From: an uncultured Bifidobacteriaceae bacterium
GTDB taxonomy: Bacteria > Actinomycetota > Actinomycetes > S36-B12
Reading direction: 5' to 3'
Length of the DNA stretch: 31,108 bases
Assembly: GCA_964344045.1 (NCBI GenBank)
Contig: CAYFLP010000002.1
Span: 337 to 31,444 of the forward strand
A program made the translations under genes and the position numbers. Of the stretch, positions 25,796-31,108 are shown piece by piece. The notes beneath the pieces are model-generated. The model saw nothing but the letters and a program-made list of their open reading frames with translations. It was not told where the DNA came from and did no database searches. Position 1 is the stretch's first letter. Each line of letters opens with the position of its first letter.

Positions 25796-27400
25796 TCAGG
25801 ACGTATCGAGGTCCCTGCGTGCGAAGAGCCATGTGCCGGCCGCGATGAGGGCGGCGGCGATCGCCGTGAGCGCGATGACAGGAGCCCAGTCCATGGCAGC
25901 GCCTGGCAGTGCGGGGATATGGCTGAAGGGCGACAGGTCCAGGACCCAGGACGGCCAGTCCAGCAGGGCACCGAGCTCGCCCGCGACGATGATGAGCACC
26001 AGTGCTCCCCATGCCACCGTGAAGGCCCGTGGCAGCCCGCCCGTCAGCAGGACGGCAAGCCCGGTCATGGTCCACACGGCAGGCAGCCAGACCAGGGCCG
26101 CAGCGATGTCGGTGCCGAGGTGCGCGGGGTTGCCGGTCTGCTGGGCATCCGCGAGTGCGAAGGCAGCTCCCTGGACGAACATCAAGGCTGTCGATCCCAC
26201 GAGGGCGATGGCGACCTGGCTCATGACATACGAGGCGCGCGAGACTGAGCCGGCCAGGACGAGCTCGGCTCGCCCGGCTGCCTCCTCCGTGGTGGTGCGG
26301 CGCGTGATCGAGATGCCGAAGGCGGCCGTGGCAAAGGCGAAGATGCCGAACTCCAGCGAGATGAACCCGTCGACGACCGAGGAGGTCCCGCCCAGGGCCG
26401 TGATCATCTGCGAGGCCTGGGGCGTGCTCAGCAGTTCGTGCAAGTCGGATGCGATCGTCCCCATCAAGGCGCCGACGATGGCGTACGACAGCAACCAGGC
26501 GAACACGAGCAGGCTCTGCTGGCGGATCGCCAGGGCCCACACCGATGCCAGCGGTGCCTGGGCGCGTGCCCTGCCTGTCCGCTCATGGAGGAGCCCGGCG
26601 CCGAAGTCCCGCGTGCGGTTGAGCGCGACAGCGACCACGACGAGCACTGCGGTCGCGCCGACGGACACGAGGAGGACAGCGACGTTGTCGCCGGCGTAGG
26701 CACGTGCTTGCTGGCTCCAGCCGATGGGCGAGAGCCAGGTGGCCACCCCCGACCCGTCGGCGCCGCCTGTCAGGTCGCCGATGGCGCGCACGATGTAGGC
26801 GACGGCGATCGCGATGAGTGCGAAAGCGTCTGCGGCACGTGCCGAGGCCGAGACCTGGGCGGTGACCGCCGCCACCCCCGCGAACACCAGGCCCACGGCG
26901 ATCCACGCGAGGCCGAATGCGATCGAGCCGTCGAGCGGAAGCCCGACTGCGGCCAGGCCTGCAGCCGACATGCCGCCGATCGCGACGAGTGACAGCAGGG
27001 TCACGGCGAAGGCCGAGGCGAGCGGCGCTAGCGGGCCGATCGGGCCCGCTGCCAGGAGCTCGCTCCGACCGGATTCCTCGTCGGCGCGGGTATGGCGGAT
27101 CATCAGCAAGGCGGCGAGGATCGAGATGAACACGGCACCCAGACCGCTCATCTTGATCATCGACAGCTCGCCCAGGCTGGTGGGATCCCACACCCGGCCG
27201 TACATGGCCACGAAAGTCGGCACCTTGTTGATGGCGGCCGCGGCGACGATGCGCGAGGCCTCATCGGGATACAGCGCGACGGTGCCGGCCGCAGACACGA
27301 TGGTCATGCCGACGAAGATCGCGATCCAGGCGGGGAGGAGCACGCGGTCGCGCCGCAGCGCCAGCCGCATCAGCTGCCAGGTTCCCGCGAAGCCGGTCAT
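25796..27400 (-). CDS. ABC exporter permease (TnrB3-like, multi-TM)
   Basis: [62 protein letters not shown]; overlaps the ATPase stop. Confidence 0.92.
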   Translation of the reverse strand: MTGFAGTWQLMRLALRRDRVLLPAWIAIFVGMTIVSAAGTVALYPDEASRIVAAAAINKVPTFVAMYGRVWDPTSLGELSMIKMSGLGAVFISILAALLMIRHTRADEESGRSELLAAGPIGPLAPLASAFAVTLLSLVAIGGMSAAGLAAVGLPLDGSIAFGLAWIAVGLVFAGVAAVTAQVSASARAADAFALIAIAVAYIVRAIGDLTGGADGSGVATWLSPIGWSQQARAYAGDNVAVLLVSVGATAVLVVVAVALNRTRDFGAGLLHERTGRARAQAPLASVWALAIRQQSLLVFAWLLSYAIVGALMGTIASDLHELLSTPQASQMITALGGTSSVVDGFISLEFGIFAFATAAFGISITRRTTTEEAAGRAELVLAGSVSRASYVMSQVAIALVGSTALMFVQGAAFALADAQQTGNPAHLGTDIAAALVWLPAVWTMTGLAVLLTGGLPRAFTVAWGALVLIIVAGELGALLDWPSWVLDLSPFSHIPALPGAAMDWAPVIALTAIAAALIAAGTWLFARRDLDTS

Positions 27401-28302
27401 GATGCCTCGGGCAGCCCTGGCTGCTGCGGATAGTGCTGCAGGAAGAGCTCTTCGAGAGTCGGCGGGCTCATGGCCAGGGAGGTCACCCCTGCAGTGGCCA
27501 GCGCCGCGAGCAGTTCGTCGAGGCTGTCGGAGTCGACCGTGCACTGGAGCCGGTCGCCCGTGACGCTCACGTCATGGAGCCCGCTCAGCGATGTGATCGC
27601 CTCGGGCAGCTCGCGCACGCGTGCATCGACGCTCGTGCGGGTGAGGTGGCGCATCTGTGCGAGTGACCCGGTCTCGACCGTCTTCCCCGCGCGCACGATG
27701 CTGATGCGATCGGAGAGCGCCTCGGCCTCGGCGAGGATGTGGCTGCTGAGCAGCACGGACCCGCCTGCCTCGCGCCATTCCCGGATGACCGCGCGGAATT
27801 CGGCTTCCATGATGGGGTCGAGCCCGGAGGTCGGCTCGTCGAGCAGCAGCAGCTCGACGTTCGACGAGAGGGCGGCAATGAGGGCAACCTTCTGGCGGTT
27901 GCCCTTCGAATAGGCCCGCGACTTCTTGGTGGGGTCGAGGTCGAAGCGCTGGATGAGATCGCGCCGGCGGGTCTCGTCGAGCCCGCCCCGCAGCCTGCCG
28001 AGGAGATCGATGACCTCGCCGCCGGTGAGGCCGGGCCACAGGGCGACATCGCCCGGCACGTAGGCAAGGCGCCGGTGCAGGGCGACGCGATCACGCCAGG
28101 GATCCATGCCGAGGACCCGGGCCGTGCCGCCGTCTATGCGCAGGAGGCCGAGCAGGCAGCGAAGGGTCGTGGTCTTGCCGGAACCGTTGGGCCCCAGGAA
28201 GCCGTGCACCTCTGCGGGCCGCACGACGAGGTCCAGCCCGTCCAGGGCCTGCGTGCGGCCGAAGGACTTCGTGAGACCACTGACCTCGATGACGTCCGCC
28301 AT
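27397..28302 (-). CDS. ABC exporter ATP-binding protein (TnrB2-like)
   Basis: [34 protein letters not shown]; TACCGT 7 nt before ATG 28302. Confidence 0.95.
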   Translation of the reverse strand: MADVIEVSGLTKSFGRTQALDGLDLVVRPAEVHGFLGPNGSGKTTTLRCLLGLLRIDGGTARVLGMDPWRDRVALHRRLAYVPGDVALWPGLTGGEVIDLLGRLRGGLDETRRRDLIQRFDLDPTKKSRAYSKGNRQKVALIAALSSNVELLLLDEPTSGLDPIMEAEFRAVIREWREAGGSVLLSSHILAEAEALSDRISIVRAGKTVETGSLAQMRHLTRTSVDARVRELPEAITSLSGLHDVSVTGDRLQCTVDSDSLDELLAALATAGVTSLAMSPPTLEELFLQHYPQQPGLPEAS

Positions 28303-28383
28303 GTATTCGACGGTACGCCGATGTCGCGGGAAGGGCAGGGCCATTGTGCCTTCGTGCCCGACGGCTGCTGACATGATGCCCGC

Positions 28384-29745
28384 ATGACCGACCTCGCCGC
28401 GTGGCTGCCGCGCGCCGTCGATGCCTACGCCAGCTGGATGGAGCAATTCGGCGAGTTCTCGCCGCACGCCTCCCTGGCCGTGCCGGACGACAGGCTGGCG
28501 GCGGCCTTCGACTCTCTGTGGGACCGGCTTCACGACAACTACCCGTTCGGCCACCCGCACTATGTCGGGCAGATGCTCAAGCCACCGCATCCTGCGGCGG
28601 TGCTGGGCTACGTCAGCGCGATGCTCATCAACCCGAACAACCATGCGCTCGACGGCGGTCCGGCGACAGCTCAGATGGAGAAGGACGTGGTCGCCCGGCT
28701 CGCAGCCATGTTCGGCTTCGGCGATCACCTGGGCCACCTCACCTCGAGTGGCACCATCGCGAACCTCGAGGCACTGTGGGCCGCGCGCGAGTCGCACCCG
28801 GGAAAGGCGATTGCCTTCAGCAAGGACGCCCACTACACGCACTCGCGGATGTGCGGAGTGCTGGGAGTCGAGGGCATCGGCATCGGCGTCGACGATGCGG
28901 GCCGCATGGACCTCGAGGCACTTCAGCAGGCTCTCGCAGGCGGCCGCATCGGCACCGTCGTCGCAACGCTCGGCACGACTGGCCTGGGTGCCCTCGACCC
29001 GCTGCCAGGCATCATCGAACTTGCGCGGGCGCACGGTGCGCGGGTGCATGTCGACACCGCGTATGGCGGATTCTTCGCGCTCGTCGCCGACGATTCGCAG
29101 GACGGAGTCGCGAGCGCTCCCTACCGTGCGATCGCCGAGGCCGACAGCGTCGTCGTCGATCCCCACAAGCACGGCCTGCAGCCCTATGGCTGCGGGGCCG
29201 TGCTGTTTCGCGATCCGTCCGTCGGACGCTTCTACGTGCACGACTCCCCGTACACCTACTTCTCGTCGGACGAACTCCACCTCGGGGAGATCTCACTGGA
29301 GTGCAGCCGGGCCGGTGCCGCTGCGGCTGCCTTGTGGCTCACGCTTGAAGTGCTCCCGCTCGCTGACGAGGGGCTGGGCCAGGTTCTTCGTGCCTGCCGG
29401 AAGGGTGCGCTCGACTGGCATGCGCTGCTCGCATCGTCCTCGTCGCTGGTCGCCTACCAGGTACCCGAGCTCGATATCGTCACGTACTTTCCCCAGCGGG
29501 ATTCGATGTCCGCCATCGACGAGGCAAGCGCCCGACTGTTCCACGAGGCCGCAGAGGGTAACCCGCGCGACCAGATCCACCTGGCCACCTACTCGGTCAC
29601 CGCACCAGCCCTCGAATCACGAGGTCACGCGGTAATCGCGGACAGGGGCAGCGCGCGCATCATGCGCAGCACGGTGATGAAGCCCGAGTCGGCCGTTGCC
29701 ATCCCGGGGATCCATCAACGACTCGAACGGCTGTGCAGCGCGTGA
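28384..29745 (+). CDS. PLP-dependent group II amino-acid decarboxylase family protein
   Basis: [30 protein letters not shown] (PLP lysine), SLECSRAG; substrate not assignable. Confidence 0.9.
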   Translation: MTDLAAWLPRAVDAYASWMEQFGEFSPHASLAVPDDRLAAAFDSLWDRLHDNYPFGHPHYVGQMLKPPHPAAVLGYVSAMLINPNNHALDGGPATAQMEKDVVARLAAMFGFGDHLGHLTSSGTIANLEALWAARESHPGKAIAFSKDAHYTHSRMCGVLGVEGIGIGVDDAGRMDLEALQQALAGGRIGTVVATLGTTGLGALDPLPGIIELARAHGARVHVDTAYGGFFALVADDSQDGVASAPYRAIAEADSVVVDPHKHGLQPYGCGAVLFRDPSVGRFYVHDSPYTYFSSDELHLGEISLECSRAGAAAAALWLTLEVLPLADEGLGQVLRACRKGALDWHALLASSSSLVAYQVPELDIVTYFPQRDSMSAIDEASARLFHEAAEGNPRDQIHLATYSVTAPALESRGHAVIADRGSARIMRSTVMKPESAVAIPGIHQRLERLCSA

Positions 29746-29782
29746 CGTACTGTGTGCGCACGGGGCCGACGAGAGGCATGCC

Positions 29783-30202
29783 ATGGCGCGCGTGACGACG
29801 TATCTGAACTTCCAGGACAACACCATGGAGGCCTTCGAGCTGTATCGCTCGGTATTCGGCGGCGAGTTCAGCGCGCTGATGCGCATGGGCGACATGGCGA
29901 ACCCGGACCTGCCCGAGGCCGACCGCGACAAGGTCATGCACATCGCGCTGCCGATCCTGGGTTGCCATGAGCTCATGGGTACCGACTTCCTGGCCTCGAT
30001 GGGCCATGAGCTCACGCTGGGCAACAACATCTCGATCGCACTCCACCTGGACTCGGTGGACGAGGCCACGCCGATCTACGAGGGCCTTGCGGCCGGCGGT
30101 CCCGATGACCAGCCGCTGTTCCCGGCCCCCTGGGGCGGGCACTTCGGCATGTGCGTGGATCCCTTCGGCATCCGTTGGATGTTCAATATCGCACCGGCCT
30201 AG
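29783..30202 (+). CDS. VOC family protein (PhnB-like)
   Basis: TTYLNF...EAFELYRSVFGG, VMHIAL, LMGTD, APWG..FGMCVDPFGIRWMFN; SD GAGAGG. Confidence 0.92.
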   Translation: MARVTTYLNFQDNTMEAFELYRSVFGGEFSALMRMGDMANPDLPEADRDKVMHIALPILGCHELMGTDFLASMGHELTLGNNISIALHLDSVDEATPIYEGLAAGGPDDQPLFPAPWGGHFGMCVDPFGIRWMFNIAPA

Positions 30203-30256
30203 GCCGGCGGCACTCTCGCGTCGCCCGGCTTGACGCGATCGTGGTCCAATGGATGC

Positions 30257-31108
30257 ATGAGGAGGGGGGAGTCCGCCGTCTCCGCTGGCGCAGCTGCCGC
30301 ACCAGCGGATAGCCCCCATTCGCGCAGCATCGCCCGCACTGCGCCCGGCCCCGGACCAAGCCGCATGCCGCACTGGGTCCATGTGCTTCTCGCGAACATC
30401 GTCCTTGCAGTCGCATATGCCGTCCTCGGAACCCTCGCGCTGCTGCTCGTTCGCGACACCGGCCTGGCCGCACCCATCTGGCCGGCTGCGGGTGTCGCGT
30501 TCGCCCTGGTCTACGTGCGCGGTGCCGCCTACCTGCCGGGAGTGGTGGCCGGCTCACTGCTGACCAACATCCCCGCGCTCATGCACGACGGGGTTATCAC
30601 GGGCACCGAGATTGCGCTCTCCATCGCCATTTCGCTAGGTGCTGCCCTCGGCGCCCTGGTCGGTGCCCTGCTGGTGCGCAAGGCCATCGGCCCCCACCCA
30701 CTGCTCATGCAAGCGCGCGAGATCCTGCTCTTCTTGCTGCTCGGCGGACTCGTCACGAGTGCGATCACGGCGTCTGTCGGCACGACCGTCCAAGTGCTGG
30801 GCGGAGTCGTGCCGTCGGGCGCGGCCACCCTCACCTGGCTCACCTGGTGGGTGGGAGACGCCATCGGCATCATCGTGTTCGCGCCGATATGCATGATGGT
30901 GATGCCGGAGCAGGCCGACGTCTGGCGCTCCCGCCGCTGGAAGATCATCGGCCCATCGATCATCGTCATCACCGTCGCGCTCGTCGCGATCATGCAGAAC
31001 GCCAGCCTCATCACCGATCAGCGAAATCTCGTCCTCCGGCAGCAGGCCTACGATGCGGCCGCCGAGCTCGAGTCCGAGCTGCGCACGCACACGGAACTCC
31101 TGAACTCC
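30257..31108 (+). CDS. MASE1-domain membrane sensor, N-terminal part (runs off the window edge)
   Basis: Manual translation is open to the window end: APIWPAAG, TWWVGDAIGIIVFAP, multiple TMs. Start is 30257 or 30365; the output domain is not visible. Confidence 0.85.
   Translation, partial: MRRGESAVSAGAAAAPADSPHSRSIARTAPGPGPSRMPHWVHVLLANIVLAVAYAVLGTLALLLVRDTGLAAPIWPAAGVAFALVYVRGAAYLPGVVAGSLLTNIPALMHDGVITGTEIALSIAISLGAALGALVGALLVRKAIGPHPLLMQAREILLFLLLGGLVTSAITASVGTTVQVLGGVVPSGAATLTWLTWWVGDAIGIIVFAPICMMVMPEQADVWRSRRWKIIGPSIIVITVALVAIMQNASLITDQRNLVLRQQAYDAAAELESELRTHTELLNS

Noticed and set aside
27397-29280. 627-aa ORF-track call (also the extended calls 170-1312, 7207-9300, 14892-16598, 18981-20570)
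   Set aside because: The N-terminal extensions overlap neighbouring genes; shorter starts have promoter or SD support and match family boundaries.

Overview
High-GC actinomycete chromosomal window (about 70% GC by eye, not computed). Left part: the conserved DEAD-box helicase / ferritin-like / DUF3107 / TetR / alpha-beta hydrolase cluster, interrupted by two large secreted-protein genes. Middle: a Tad (Flp) pilus operon (tadA-tadB-tadC-flp-tadE-tadE-tadG-like), then prfB-ftsE-ftsX-[DUF4436-like]-smpB-[secreted protein]-ssrA (tmRNA). Right part: about 14 kb of accessory-looking genes. These are a beta-propeller surface protein, an SGNH lipoprotein, a Gfo/Idh/MocA oxidoreductase, an unusual lipoprotein, a DUF1254/DUF1214 protein, a putative HExxH metallopeptidase, thpR, an ABM protein, a TnrB-like ABC exporter, a PLP decarboxylase, a VOC protein and a truncated MASE1 sensor. 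No integrase, transposase or CRISPR array was seen. Four observations stand out. (1) A duplicated palindrome lies between tadC and the pilin RBS. (2) Paired DnaA-box-like GTCCACAG repeats lie upstream of the tad promoter. (3) Two dispersed secreted proteins share an apparently unnamed basic C-terminal beta-domain and sit inside core operons. (4) The helicase probably starts at CTG. All family assignments come from motif recognition by eye; no database search was run.
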